Positions 38,035 to 48,205 of a DNA stretch of 64,000 nt are shown piece by piece. Numbering within the stretch: position 1 is the first letter of the stretch; every line of letters starts with the position of its first letter. Source of the stretch: Clostridia bacterium (GTDB taxonomy: Bacteria; Bacillota; Clostridia; JAAYHZ01). Made by a program: the position numbers and the translations under genes. Under the pieces are notes generated by a model. The model ran no database searches and was not told the origin of the DNA. It saw only the letters and a list, made by a program, of their open reading frames with translations. The DNA is taken from positions 448,001 through 512,000 of the forward strand of contig JBMNIH010000004.1 in the NCBI GenBank assembly GCA_050950825.1, read 5' to 3'.

Positions 38035-40227
38035 ATGCAAAGCGAAGTAAAGGAACGCTTAATATATGAATTAAGCAACGGAATCTGTCGATTCCCGGCG
38101 GCAGTGGATTTAAATATAACATTTATCGACAGTCATCAAGAGAAAAAGACCGGAAAGGTTTTGGACGTTATTACGGGGACGAAGGGTACATGGACCTTTC
38201 ACGTGGAGAATTTCCACGGGGACTTCGGACCGGAGACGCGGTTTATTCCTCTTGCAACCAATTACCATTTTGCCCACAAATGCCAAACGCAAAAGCCGAA
38301 AGGCCGAGATTATACGACGATACAAGCATGTACCGACGCTAAGCTTCAGATCGGTCCGGGATCTCGATACGGATTTACCTGTCCGTTTTACATTGAAGTG
38401 GAGGAAGGGGTTTTCAAAAAGGGCGACAGCTTCACGGTAACGGTCGGAGACCGAAGCTGCGGCTCGAAAGGATCGGAAACCTATTGGACCGTAACCGAGG
38501 GAACCGTGTATTTGTTTATTGAAAAGGAAGACCGCATCGAAACAAGCGATTATCCGCCGGTGAAAATATTCGGGAAACCTCATCCGGAGGTTCGTTACAT
38601 TCGAACGATTTTACCGACGGTAGCCGCTCCGAAGGAGGAATTTGACGTTACCGTCGGGGTGTATGATCGCAATTCCAATATCATCGAGGATTTCAGCGGT
38701 ACCGTTATTTTGGAAGGAACGGACGGCTTTCAAGGATTAAAGGATCGACTGTTTTTTACAAAAGCCGATAGAGGTACCGTCAAGATCAAGGGTATATCTT
38801 GCCGGGAGGAAGGGGTAAAAAGGATAACGGCAAGGCTTGAGGAAGGCCGGCAAGGTTATTTATCCAATCCGTTAAAGGTTATGAAAAATCCGCCTTATCG
38901 TATCTATTGGGGGGATTTGCACGCCCACGGCCGGGGCGATCGATCCATGTACATAATGTCTGCAAATACGGAAAAAATGAATCCTCGGAATCGCCATTAT
39001 CAAGCCCATGAGCAATGCGCCTTGGATTTTTGCGCCGTAGGTCCCATGTCTTTGCCGCGTATCAACGCTCAAGAAATATGGGACGAATATAAAGCCGCTT
39101 GCCGCGATTATGATAAGGAAAACCGTTATGTCCCTTTTTTATGTTATGAATCTCATCCGGAGCAAAGGGAAGGTGATCGGCAGATAATATTCAAAAGCTT
39201 GGACGAGCCGTTGCCTCCGCCATATGAAACGCCCTTGAAGGAAGTGGAGGGGTTATACGGAAAAAGGGATGACGTCATCATGGAAGTCCATATCGGAGGC
39301 AGTACCCCGAAATGGGACACTTATGACTGCTCAATGGATCGAATGGTGGAGGTGATCAGCGGTTTCGGAAACGCCGAATGGCTGATGCAAAAAGCGTTGG
39401 GCTTAGGAAAGAAGTTTTCCGTATGCGGCTGCACCGACTTGCACGCAGGATTGTTAGGAGGCCCTCGAGCCGTAGAGCCGGGTCGGGGAAGAAACGGTAA
39501 AATCCTTTACCAAAGAGACAGCGCCTACGGAAGCGGACCCTTAACGGCATCCCTATCATCGATATTATCGCGAGAACAAATATGGGCATCTTTCTTGGAA
39601 GGCAGAACCTATGCCGTAAGCGGAGCTCGCATTTATGTGGATTTTGCATGGAACGGGCGAAGGTTCGGCGAGACCGTTCCCGTAGAAAACGAAAACCGAT
39701 TCCGTTTATGCTGTCACGGTGCGGATATATTGGAAAGAATCGATATCATTTGCGGAGCTCGGGTTGTCCGCTCCTACAGACCGGAAAAGCTTGATTTTGA
39801 GACGGAAGACGTCATTTCCTCAAGTTCACTTTTCGGGGAGTGGATATATGTCCGGGTTCGACAAAAAGACGAGCACTACGCCATTACCACGCCTATACGG
39901 TTTGAGACCGGAATGGAAAAATGGAACGAAGGGGTTTGCCGTTTTGATCCCGATACAAAAGAGCAAGCGGCGAAATATTTACCCGACCTTATGGAATACT
40001 TGGAACACAACGAGGACATCAATAAATGGAAAGATATCAAGCCGTTGGCGACGGTAAAGCAGGAGAATTCCGTATGCGCACTGTTTACAGGAAAATATGA
40101 AAACACTCCGGTAACATTACGATGGTTTTACGAGTTTGAGATGCCTAAGTTTCGAATGGATTACGGCTTTTCGGACAACGGTGTCCGGGATGACGAATGT
40201 ATGAGAAGGTACGACATCGGCAAATAG
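38035..40227 (+). CDS. DUF3604-like PHP-fold metallohydrolase
   Basis: YWGDLHAH, VPFLCYE, EVH, VEVISG, GCTDLH and RTYAVSGARI motifs. Confidence 0.7.
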   Translation: MQSEVKERLIYELSNGICRFPAAVDLNITFIDSHQEKKTGKVLDVITGTKGTWTFHVENFHGDFGPETRFIPLATNYHFAHKCQTQKPKGRDYTTIQACTDAKLQIGPGSRYGFTCPFYIEVEEGVFKKGDSFTVTVGDRSCGSKGSETYWTVTEGTVYLFIEKEDRIETSDYPPVKIFGKPHPEVRYIRTILPTVAAPKEEFDVTVGVYDRNSNIIEDFSGTVILEGTDGFQGLKDRLFFTKADRGTVKIKGISCREEGVKRITARLEEGRQGYLSNPLKVMKNPPYRIYWGDLHAHGRGDRSMYIMSANTEKMNPRNRHYQAHEQCALDFCAVGPMSLPRINAQEIWDEYKAACRDYDKENRYVPFLCYESHPEQREGDRQIIFKSLDEPLPPPYETPLKEVEGLYGKRDDVIMEVHIGGSTPKWDTYDCSMDRMVEVISGFGNAEWLMQKALGLGKKFSVCGCTDLHAGLLGGPRAVEPGRGRNGKILYQRDSAYGSGPLTASLSSILSREQIWASFLEGRTYAVSGARIYVDFAWNGRRFGETVPVENENRFRLCCHGADILERIDIICGARVVRSYRPEKLDFETEDVISSSSLFGEWIYVRVRQKDEHYAITTPIRFETGMEKWNEGVCRFDPDTKEQAAKYLPDLMEYLEHNEDINKWKDIKPLATVKQENSVCALFTGKYENTPVTLRWFYEFEMPKFRMDYGFSDNGVRDDECMRRYDIGK

Positions 40228-40283
40228 TACCAAAACAGACGGTAAAAAGGATGATAAAATAATCAAATAGGACAATTTTTACG

Positions 40284-40312
40284 TTGACAAAAGGAGGTAG
40301 TTTCATTATACT
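40284..40312 (+). promoter_or_regulatory. SigA promoter of the SAM-I/metK leader
   Basis: TTGACA-17 nt-TATACT. Confidence 0.8.
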
Positions 40313-40379
40313 GTCCTATGGTCAGTAATTCGTCGAACATGTTGTTCGGCGGATTACTGTTAACATAGATCCATATCGA

Positions 40380-40487
40380 TACTTATCAAGAGAGGTGGAG
40401 GGACATGGCCCTGTGAAGCCCGGCAACCGATATGCCATAAGCATATCAAGGTGCTAATTCCTGCAGGTTTATCCTGAAAGATGAGTA
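40380..40487 (+). ncRNA. SAM-I (S-box) riboswitch
   Basis: cttatcaagaga-ggtggaggga..ggccc.gtgaa.cccggcaacc...ggtgctaattcctgcag..ctgaaagatgag consensus; terminator at 40496-40523; upstream of metK. Confidence 0.95.
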
Positions 40488-40807
40488 GTCATTATAATCT
40501 CTTCCTTCAGGGAAGGGTTTTTTGTTTCTAGAGGGTTTTTTTCAAAGAACCCCTGCAAAACAAAAGCAAGTGCAGTTGAAATAACGGTTATAATATCTTC
40601 GCAGGAATCGAAGTTTTCTAAAAAAGTTAGTTTCACCTGATCTTGAATAAAGGGATATGGAAGGACGAATTCTACGCTGATTTTCGCCCGTACGCGGCTG
40701 CGTGTATTCTTTATGAAAAGCGTAAACAAAAGAACACGGTGACGTCGCACGCCGTTTTGTTATTACAATATGTGCCGCAAGCGACAGCGGCGGAATGGAG
40801 ATTTTTT

Positions 40808-41995
40808 ATGACCGTTAAATTTTTTACATCCGAATCCGTTACGGAAGGACATCCCGATAAAATTTGTGACCGAATATCCGATAGCGTACTGGACTCCATC
40901 TTGGAATGCGATCCTTTTGCCCGTGTTGCCTGCGAAACGGCGGTAACTACCGGAATGGTTCTGGTGATGGGAGAAATTACGACGAATTGTTATGTAGATA
41001 TACCGAAAATTGCTCGCAACGCCATTAAAGACATCGGATACGACAATGCCGAATACGGTTTTGATTACAAAACATGTGCCGTGTTGACGGCTATCGACGA
41101 GCAATCCGCGGATATTGCCATGGGCGTCGATAAATCCTATGAGAATAAGCTCGGAAAGCAGGACGAGCTTCAATACGGCGCAGGAGACCAGGGCATGATG
41201 TTCGGATACGCATGCAACGAAACCGCCGAATTGATGCCGATGCCCATCACTCTTGCCCATAACATTACTCGGGAGCTGGCACGTCTTCGAAAGGAAAGAA
41301 TTTTACCCTATCTTCGGCCGGACGGAAAAGCCCAAGTGACCGTGCAATACGATAACGGTGTCCCGGTTCGGATCGATGCCATCGTCATTTCCACGCAGCA
41401 CGACCCGGACGTAACGCAAAAGAGAATTCATGATGACTTAACGGAAAACATCGTCTTGAAGGTTTTGCCTGCCGGGCTTATCGATAAAGAAACGAAAATA
41501 TTCATAAATCCCACCGGACGTTTTGTCGTAGGAGGCCCCCAAGGAGATTCCGGCTTAACGGGCAGGAAGATCATCGTCGATACTTACGGCGGCATGGGAA
41601 GACACGGCGGCGGCGCTTTTTCCGGTAAAGACGCGACGAAAGTGGACCGGTCCGGAGCATATGCAGCCAGAAATGTGGCGAAAAACATCGTTGCGGCAAA
41701 ATTAGCGGATCGCTGCGAGGTGGAAATCGCTTACGCCATCGGTGTAGCGGAGCCGGTATCGGTTTTTGTGGAAACCTTCGGAACCGGAATCACGGATGAC
41801 GAAAAGATTGCTTGCGCCGTAAAACACTTGTTTGATTTAAGACCCACCGCTATTATTCATAACTATGACTTAAGAAAGCCTGTCTATTCCCGAGTATCCT
41901 GCTACGGCCATTTCGGAAGACCGGATTTGGATCTGACATGGGAAAAGACAAACAAAGTACAAGAATTAAAAGATTACTTTAAGATCCGCACCTAA
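40808..41995 (+). CDS. metK: S-adenosylmethionine synthetase
   Basis: [19 protein letters not shown] and GGGAFSGKD motifs; ATG after a GGAG RBS. Confidence 0.97.
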   Translation: MTVKFFTSESVTEGHPDKICDRISDSVLDSILECDPFARVACETAVTTGMVLVMGEITTNCYVDIPKIARNAIKDIGYDNAEYGFDYKTCAVLTAIDEQSADIAMGVDKSYENKLGKQDELQYGAGDQGMMFGYACNETAELMPMPITLAHNITRELARLRKERILPYLRPDGKAQVTVQYDNGVPVRIDAIVISTQHDPDVTQKRIHDDLTENIVLKVLPAGLIDKETKIFINPTGRFVVGGPQGDSGLTGRKIIVDTYGGMGRHGGGAFSGKDATKVDRSGAYAARNVAKNIVAAKLADRCEVEIAYAIGVAEPVSVFVETFGTGITDDEKIACAVKHLFDLRPTAIIHNYDLRKPVYSRVSCYGHFGRPDLDLTWEKTNKVQELKDYFKIRT

Positions 41996-42015
41996 TCGGA
42001 GCATATATTATTGAA

Positions 42016-42061
42016 AGAAGTCCTTCGGAATGCTTAACCGGCATTTCGAAGGACTTTCTTT
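42016..42061 (+). terminator. Terminator after metK
   Basis: agaagtccttcggaatgc...gcatttcgaaggactttct. Confidence 0.75.
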
Positions 42062-42154
42062 GTGGGTACCCTGTCTTTTATTTGCCGAGAAATGAAACTC
42101 TTGATAAACTATTAGGGAAAATGTTCATTAAAATGAACGTATGGGGCTGTGATA

Positions 42155-42955
42155 ATGAAAAAGATCTTTTTCAATTCGTACATAAAAGTTTTCGTATCCT
42201 TTTTGCTTGTCCTTTTTTTATTGGAAGGATGCCTTTTCTTGCCGCCCGATTCGGACAATTCCGATAAAATTACCGTGGGGAAGGAAGTGCAAAGCATGGA
42301 AGCCGGTACCGTGCAAGAAAAAAAAGTATCCCTCGCAGAAGAATCCGTTATAACGGAGCAAAAAGAGCGGGAAATCACGGAAGAGCCGAAAGAGCAAACG
42401 AATACGGAAACAACGGTAACGGATACCGTAAAAGAAGGGACGGAAGAAGATCAACCCCAAGATTTGTTTTTTAATGAGCCGAAGGAGAGCATCGGCACCT
42501 TCCGCATCGAGATTTTCAAAGCGGAAAGACGCTTGGAGCTTTATGCCGATGACGATATAACCGGTCGTTTTCCCGTCGCTTTGGGTTTTAATCCGGTAGG
42601 ACACAAGGAAAAAGAAGGGGACGGAAAAACCCCGGAAGGCGAATACTATATCTGCTATATCAACCGAGACAGCCCTTACCATATTTTTTACGGCCTAAGC
42701 TATCCCAACATCGAAGACGCGAAAAGAGCATACGATAGCAATTTTATCACCGAAAGAGAATTCAAAAGTATTGAAAATGCTATAAATAGAAAAGAAATTC
42801 CCAATTGGTATACAATTTTAGGAGGCGAAGTGGGCATCCACGGGGGAGGTGCATCTCGAGACTGGACGCTAGGCTGCATAGCTTTATCCAACGGAGATAT
42901 CGATATTTTGGACCGATATATCGGCATCGGGACCAAGGTTTTCATCCGGCCTTGA
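42155..42955 (+). CDS. L,D-transpeptidase (YkuD) family protein
   Basis: Signal-like N-terminus, EGDGKTPEGEY, LSYPN and GIHGG...WTLGCIAL motifs. Confidence 0.88.
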   Translation: MKKIFFNSYIKVFVSFLLVLFLLEGCLFLPPDSDNSDKITVGKEVQSMEAGTVQEKKVSLAEESVITEQKEREITEEPKEQTNTETTVTDTVKEGTEEDQPQDLFFNEPKESIGTFRIEIFKAERRLELYADDDITGRFPVALGFNPVGHKEKEGDGKTPEGEYYICYINRDSPYHIFYGLSYPNIEDAKRAYDSNFITEREFKSIENAINRKEIPNWYTILGGEVGIHGGGASRDWTLGCIALSNGDIDILDRYIGIGTKVFIRP

Positions 42956-43344
42956 ATCCGTACCGCCTACGGAAATTTCGTTGGATATTGCCTAATTTTC
43001 GTGAAATAGATCCTCAGAATGGAGAAAGTTCTTCTATTGAGGAAATCATGATTTTACTTTACACGGAACCCTAATTATGATAATATATTAACAGTGATTG
43101 ATATTGAAAAACAAATTTCGTATAATATATATACAGTTGCGTACCGGAGGTGTGTGTCATGACGACTTATATTTTAGGAAAATACATAAACAAAGCCACT
43201 GCCGCCACGACGCACATGGGTATTAATAAAAATAAAGAACTGCACGCAACTTGCAAAGTTGTGTTTTTTTTATTGTTAAATACAAATTTTTATCTATTTT
43301 CGCTATAATTTATTTATTTTTTATGTTATTGAAAGGTTTTGGGT

Positions 43345-43698
43345 ATGACACTGAAAGAAATTGCCGAAATTTTAGAGGGAGAAATACTGTGCACGGGAGA
43401 TAACGAAGATTTGGAGATCACATCGGCTTGCGGCAGCGATCTTATGAGCGACGTAATGGCATTTGTTAAAAACAGCGCCATGCTGCTGACAGGCTTGCTT
43501 AACATGCAAGTGATCCGAACGGCTGAAATGATGGATATGCGCCTGATCGTTTTTGTTCGAGGGAAGAAGCCGGACCCCTGCGTGGTGGAAATGGCAAAGC
43601 AAAAGGGAATCGCTCTCGTTTGTACAAAACATTCCATGTTTGTCGCATGCGGACTCTTGTACTCCCACGGATTGACCGAAGGAGGTAATCATCCTTGA
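43345..43698 (+). CDS. DRTGG-domain protein
   Basis: ACGSDLMSDV..LLTGL..QVIRTA..VRGK. Confidence 0.85.
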   Translation: MTLKEIAEILEGEILCTGDNEDLEITSACGSDLMSDVMAFVKNSAMLLTGLLNMQVIRTAEMMDMRLIVFVRGKKPDPCVVEMAKQKGIALVCTKHSMFVACGLLYSHGLTEGGNHP

Positions 43699-44126
43699 GT
43701 AAGGGAGTTATAACGTTAAGCTATGAAATTAATGCCAATGATTTTCAAGCCGCCGGGGAAGCTTCCTCCACGGTAAAGAAAAAGCTGAAGCTTTTAGGTA
43801 TTCCTCCCGAAGCCATACGGCGTGCTTCCATTGCCATGTACGAAGCGGAAATGAATGTGGTTATTCACGGCAATGGCGGTGTTATGAACGTAGAAATCGA
43901 TAAATCGAAAATTAAAATGGTTTTTCGCGACCAAGGTCCCGGGATCCCGGACGTAGGTCTTGCCATGCAGGAAGGATATTCCACCGCTCCGGATCGAATT
44001 CGTGAAATGGGGTTTGGAGCCGGAATGGGGTTACCGAATATTAAACGCAATGCGGATAAATTAGACATAGAAACCGTCATAGGAAAAGGAACAACGTTGA
44101 CGATTGAGGTAAATATCAATGATTAA
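43695..44126 (+). CDS. RsbW/RsbT-like Ser/Thr kinase (anti-sigma HATPase)
   Basis: YEAEMNVVIH, DQGPGI, GYST, GAGMGLPN and GKGT motifs. Confidence 0.88.
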   Translation: MSKGVITLSYEINANDFQAAGEASSTVKKKLKLLGIPPEAIRRASIAMYEAEMNVVIHGNGGVMNVEIDKSKIKMVFRDQGPGIPDVGLAMQEGYSTAPDRIREMGFGAGMGLPNIKRNADKLDIETVIGKGTTLTIEVNIND

Positions 44127-45408
44127 ATATTTTCACTCGGTAACGCTGGACGATAAAAGGTGCAGGGGATGTACAAACTGCATCAAGCACTGCCCTACCG
44201 AAGCTATACGAGTCCGAAAATCCAAAGCGACCATCATTAATGAGCGTTGCATCGACTGCGGTGTATGCATACGAGTTTGTCCCTATCATGCGAAAAAAGC
44301 GGTAGCGGATAGACCGGAAGACATCGAAAAATACCGTTACAAAATCGCTTTACCGGCCCCTTCTTTATACGGTCAATATGACTTCAGTCGGAAAAAAATC
44401 TTGGCAGGTCTTCTGAAACTCGGATTTGATGCCATTTACGAAGTGGCGAAGGGTGCCGAATTGGTAACCTATACTACCAATATGCTTTTAGATAAACCCG
44501 GAAACCGTTATCCTTTAATTTCCTCCGCTTGCCCTGCCGTTGTAAAACTTATTCAAGTTCGTTTTCCCGATCTAATCGATCATATCATAAAAATTGAATC
44601 TCCCATGGAAGTCAGCGCGGCGATGGCTGCGGAAGAAGCCATGAAAAAAACCGGCCTTCCGCGAAGTGATATCGGTATTTTTTTTATATCTCCTTGTGCC
44701 GCAAAAGTAACGAACGTAAAGGCGCCCTACGAGAAGTCTTCTTCCGCCGTAAACGGAGTCATTGCCATTTCCGAAATCTACAAAAATTTATTGGAGGCCT
44801 GCAACCGAGTCGATGATGCGGATTTGGACTTGGACTTGGATTTAGCCGGTTTTCAGGGAGTGGTTTGGGCCGATTCGGGAGGAGAGGCTGCCGGTATTAA
44901 AAAGCATAAGAAGCTGGCGGTAGACGGAATCCATAACGTGATCGATATATTCGAAAAAATTGAAAACGGCGAATTGCGAGATATTGAATTTATTGAAGCA
45001 TTGGCTTGCACCGGAGGATGCTTGGGAGGTCCTTTAACGGTGGAGAATCCCTTTGTGGCAAAAACCATTTTGCGGAGCAAAGAGGATGTATTCGTAAGAA
45101 AATCCGAGGTTTACATACCCGAGGAAGAGCTGAACAAGTATGTATGGACGAATGATATCCAATACAAGCCCATATTGAAATTGAACGACGACCTCGGAAC
45201 GGCTTTGGAAATGCTGGAGAAGCTGGAGGAAATCACGGAGAGCTTGCCGGGGCTGGATTGCGGAGCATGCGGTGCCCCGGGATGTCGAGCTTTGGCAGAA
45301 GATATTGTAAGAGGTATATCGGTCAAGTCCGATTGTATCGTGGAGCTAAAGGATAAAGTGAAGAAACTGGAGCAAGAAATTATGCACTTGAAAGGACAGT
45401 CAACATGA
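44119..45408 (+). CDS. Putative sensory/regulatory [FeFe]-hydrogenase-like Fe-S protein
   Basis: Two 4Fe-4S motifs; H-cluster-like SSACPA, SPCAAK and EALACTGGCLGG; C-terminal LPGLDCGACG..GC. Confidence 0.85.
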   Translation: MIKYFHSVTLDDKRCRGCTNCIKHCPTEAIRVRKSKATIINERCIDCGVCIRVCPYHAKKAVADRPEDIEKYRYKIALPAPSLYGQYDFSRKKILAGLLKLGFDAIYEVAKGAELVTYTTNMLLDKPGNRYPLISSACPAVVKLIQVRFPDLIDHIIKIESPMEVSAAMAAEEAMKKTGLPRSDIGIFFISPCAAKVTNVKAPYEKSSSAVNGVIAISEIYKNLLEACNRVDDADLDLDLDLAGFQGVVWADSGGEAAGIKKHKKLAVDGIHNVIDIFEKIENGELRDIEFIEALACTGGCLGGPLTVENPFVAKTILRSKEDVFVRKSEVYIPEEELNKYVWTNDIQYKPILKLNDDLGTALEMLEKLEEITESLPGLDCGACGAPGCRALAEDIVRGISVKSDCIVELKDKVKKLEQEIMHLKGQST

Positions 45409-45737
45409 AAGTAAAGGATTTTATTGAAAAAAGTCGATTTACGAATCTGACGGGTACTTCAGGATTGGATAGAGAAATTCGAGACGTTTATGTCGGGGAT
45501 TTGTTAAGCAGAGTGATGAGCAGTGCAACGGCAGGTTCCGCGTGGATTACCATCCATACCCACATGAACATTTTGGCGGTTGCGGCATTGAACGATCTTC
45601 CTCTGATCATTATTCCCGAGGGGATTAACGTACCTGACCCGGTTGTAGAAAAAGCCGTTGAAGAAAATATTGCAATCGCTTCCGCCGACTGCACCGCCTA
45701 TGAAGTATGCCGTACATGCATAAATATCCTGGGCTGA
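45405..45737 (+). CDS. DRTGG-domain protein
   Basis: YVGDLLS.VM...AWIT...N..AVA. Confidence 0.8.
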   Translation: MKVKDFIEKSRFTNLTGTSGLDREIRDVYVGDLLSRVMSSATAGSAWITIHTHMNILAVAALNDLPLIIIPEGINVPDPVVEKAVEENIAIASADCTAYEVCRTCINILG

Positions 45738-45741
45738 CGGT

Positions 45742-46449
45742 ATGAAAGTAGCGGTAGATCTCCACATTCACACGGCGCTGTCCCCTTGCGCGGATAAGGA
45801 CATGACCCCCAACAACATTGTGAATATGGCATGCTTGAAAGGCTTGGACGCCATCGCAATTACCGATCACAACAGTTGTATGAATGTTCGTGCCGTTATG
45901 AGCTGCGGAGAGGAAAAAGATTTGCTGGTCATTCCCGGAATGGAGGTGGAGACAAGAGAAGAGGTCCATGTGATCTGCTTGTTTGAAACACCGGAGGACG
46001 CCGAATGGCTGCAAGAAATCTTGAATTTTTACCGTTTAAAAATACCCTTGAATGAAGAAATATTCGGAAACCAATGGATCCTCAATCGCTATGATGAAAT
46101 TACCGCTTCTTTTTCGGAATTATTATCGGTCTCGGTGGATTTGGATTTGGATACAGTATGCAAATTGGTGAAAGAAAAAAACGGAGTTTTCATACCGGCT
46201 CATGTGGATCGTCCGGCAAACGGCTTGATATCCGTTTTAGGTGCCATACCGAAAACTCCGGATATCCGTGTTATCGAGCTTTCGAAAAGCTGTGATCAGG
46301 AGGACTTTTTAAAGCGGAATCCGTACTGCCGAAAATACAAAAGGTATACGGCTTCCGATGCCCACTACCTGTGGGACATATTGGAAAGGGAATGCTTTAT
46401 GGAGGTTGACGAGCGATCGGTTCCGGCGATATTGGAGTATCTGCGCTAA
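45742..46449 (+). CDS. PHP-domain phosphoesterase
   Basis: DLHIHTALSPC, AITDHNS, GMEVET.EEVH, PAHVDR and SDAH motifs. Confidence 0.9.
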   Translation: MKVAVDLHIHTALSPCADKDMTPNNIVNMACLKGLDAIAITDHNSCMNVRAVMSCGEEKDLLVIPGMEVETREEVHVICLFETPEDAEWLQEILNFYRLKIPLNEEIFGNQWILNRYDEITASFSELLSVSVDLDLDTVCKLVKEKNGVFIPAHVDRPANGLISVLGAIPKTPDIRVIELSKSCDQEDFLKRNPYCRKYKRYTASDAHYLWDILERECFMEVDERSVPAILEYLR

Positions 46450-46532
46450 GATGCTTGAAAATAGCTTTTTTTGAAAGGTTAAAAATATCAAAAACACAGG
46501 CAAAGACGACAAGTTTAAAAATGAAATATTTA

Positions 46533-46561
46533 TTGCTTTTATAGCGATTACATGGTATAAT
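46533..46561 (+). promoter_or_regulatory. SigA promoter of the hydrogenase structural operon
   Basis: TTGCTT-17 nt-TATAAT with extended -10 TG. Confidence 0.7.
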
Positions 46562-46573
46562 AACTTGTCATCA

Positions 46574-46591
46574 TTGTTAAATGGTTAACAA
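46574..46591. promoter_or_regulatory. Rex operator
   Basis: TTGTTAA-atgg-TTAACAA, a perfect clostridial Rex palindrome just downstream of the -10. Confidence 0.85.
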
Positions 46592-46663
46592 TGAGCGATC
46601 GTCGGGAATACAATATAATAACATGCTTCTTAGTTAAAACGGATAGCTTTATTGGGTAGCCAT

Positions 46664-46681
46664 TTGTTAAATCATTAGCAA
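46664..46681. promoter_or_regulatory. Second Rex operator
   Basis: TTGTTAA-atca-TTAGCAA, one mismatch. Confidence 0.75.
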
Positions 46682-46744
46682 TGCTGCCTACTTATTTTGT
46701 AGGCTGACATATGTTTAACATGCAAGAATTTTTGGAGGTAACAT

Positions 46745-47239
46745 ATGAGTAAATGTGGTTGCACTTGCTCTGATGCAAAAGAAAAACAGCTGCAGGAGAT
46801 AATCGAGAAGTATAAGAATACGGAAGGTGCATTGATTCCGGTTCTTCACGAAGCTCAAGAGGTCTACGGGTATTTACCCCTTTCCGTTCAATCCAAAATT
46901 GCAGAAGGCTTGAACGTTCCATTGGCTGAGGTATATGGCGTTGTCACATTTTACACTCAGTTTTCTTTATACCCAAAGGGTGCATACAAAATACAAGTTT
47001 GTCTTGGAACGGCTTGTTATGTTAAAGGGGCTGCACTTGTTTTAAACGAACTTCAAAAGGAATTGGGTATTGAAGTAGGGAAATGCACCGAAGACGGTAA
47101 GTTCTCATTGGATGCATGTCGTTGCATCGGTGCCTGCGGGCTGGCTCCGGTCATCATGATCAACGATGATGTTTACGGACGATTAAAGCCGGAGGACGTT
47201 AAAGGTATTATTCAAAAGTATAAGGATATGACGGAATAA
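46745..47239 (+). CDS. nuoE: Bifurcating hydrogenase 2Fe-2S subunit (NuoE/HndA/HydC-like)
   Basis: LIPVLHEAQ, VTFY, CLGTAC and CIGACGLAP motifs. Confidence 0.92.
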   Translation: MSKCGCTCSDAKEKQLQEIIEKYKNTEGALIPVLHEAQEVYGYLPLSVQSKIAEGLNVPLAEVYGVVTFYTQFSLYPKGAYKIQVCLGTACYVKGAALVLNELQKELGIEVGKCTEDGKFSLDACRCIGACGLAPVIMINDDVYGRLKPEDVKGIIQKYKDMTE

Positions 47240-47244
47240 TCTCT

Positions 47245-47826
47245 ATGCAAGAGTTGTCTTTGCACATATTGGACTTGGTACGCAATTCCATTGCTGCAGG
47301 CGCGACAAAGGTCATCATATCGATTTATCAAAAAGGAAACTTTTTATACATATCGATATCGGACAACGGAAAAGGCATGGATAAGGACACGTTGAGAAGC
47401 GTGGAAAGCCCGTTTATGACATCAAGAAATACCCGAAAGGTGGGCTTGGGAATTCCGCTGTTTAAAGCGGCGGCTGAGCAATCCGGCGGAACATTTGAAA
47501 TTGAATCCGCAGAAAACGTGGGAACAAGGGTTACCGGGAGCTTTGGGATTGACAGTATTGACAGACAGCCGTTAGGCGAATTGGATGAGACCGTAACGGC
47601 ACTCATCATATCCGACCCGGATATCAACTACGAATTGAGACTTGAAAGTACCAAGGACGCATATCGGATGGATACGAAAGAAGTGAAGGATGTACTTGGC
47701 GAGGTCCATATAACCGAGCCTGAGGTTATGGAATGGATAAGGGAACATATAAAAGAGGGAATTCGCACTGTTTTTGGAGGTGTATTAAATGAAGTCAATT
47801 CAGGAATTGGAAGAAATCAGGAATAG
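47245..47826 (+). CDS. HATPase_c (histidine-kinase-like) ATP-binding protein
   Basis: ELSLHILDL..NSI.AGA, DNGKGM, RKVGLGIPL and DRQPLG motifs. Confidence 0.85.
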   Translation: MQELSLHILDLVRNSIAAGATKVIISIYQKGNFLYISISDNGKGMDKDTLRSVESPFMTSRNTRKVGLGIPLFKAAAEQSGGTFEIESAENVGTRVTGSFGIDSIDRQPLGELDETVTALIISDPDINYELRLESTKDAYRMDTKEVKDVLGEVHITEPEVMEWIREHIKEGIRTVFGGVLNEVNSGIGRNQE

Positions 47827-48175
47827 AATGCGCGATCAAATGGCGACACGAGAAAAAAGCGGCGGATATCGCATCGTTGTGGGTATGGCAACATGCGGAA
47901 TCGCTGCAGGTGCTCGTCCGGTCATGAGAGCTTTAATAGAAGAATTGCAAAAAAGAAATCGAAACGATGTACCGGTTACGATGACCGGATGCATCGGCGT
48001 ATGCAGACTGGAGCCTATTGTTGAAGTCATTGCAGCCGACGGATCAAAAACCACTTATGTCAAGATGGACGAAAATAAAGCAAGGCGAGTTGTAGCCGAG
48101 CACATAATAAACGGAAACGTATGCGTGGACTTAACCATCGGCGCAGCTGAAAAGCAAGCGAAATCGAAAGAATAA
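47789..48175 (+). CDS. Thioredoxin-like [2Fe-2S] ferredoxin subunit (HndB/HydD-like)
   Basis: VGMATCGIAAGA and TGCIGVCRLEP motifs. Confidence 0.9.
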   Translation: MKSIQELEEIRNRMRDQMATREKSGGYRIVVGMATCGIAAGARPVMRALIEELQKRNRNDVPVTMTGCIGVCRLEPIVEVIAADGSKTTYVKMDENKARRVVAEHIINGNVCVDLTIGAAEKQAKSKE

Positions 48176-48205
48176 GGCACCGTGCAAAGAAATGGAGGGG
48201 TTATA

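Noticed and set aside
40643-40807. 55-aa N-terminal extension of MetK
   Set aside because: The conserved protein begins at ATG 40808, which has its own RBS.
43190-43210. aagccactg as part of a cobalamin riboswitch
   Set aside because: The other core elements, including the B12 box, are missing.
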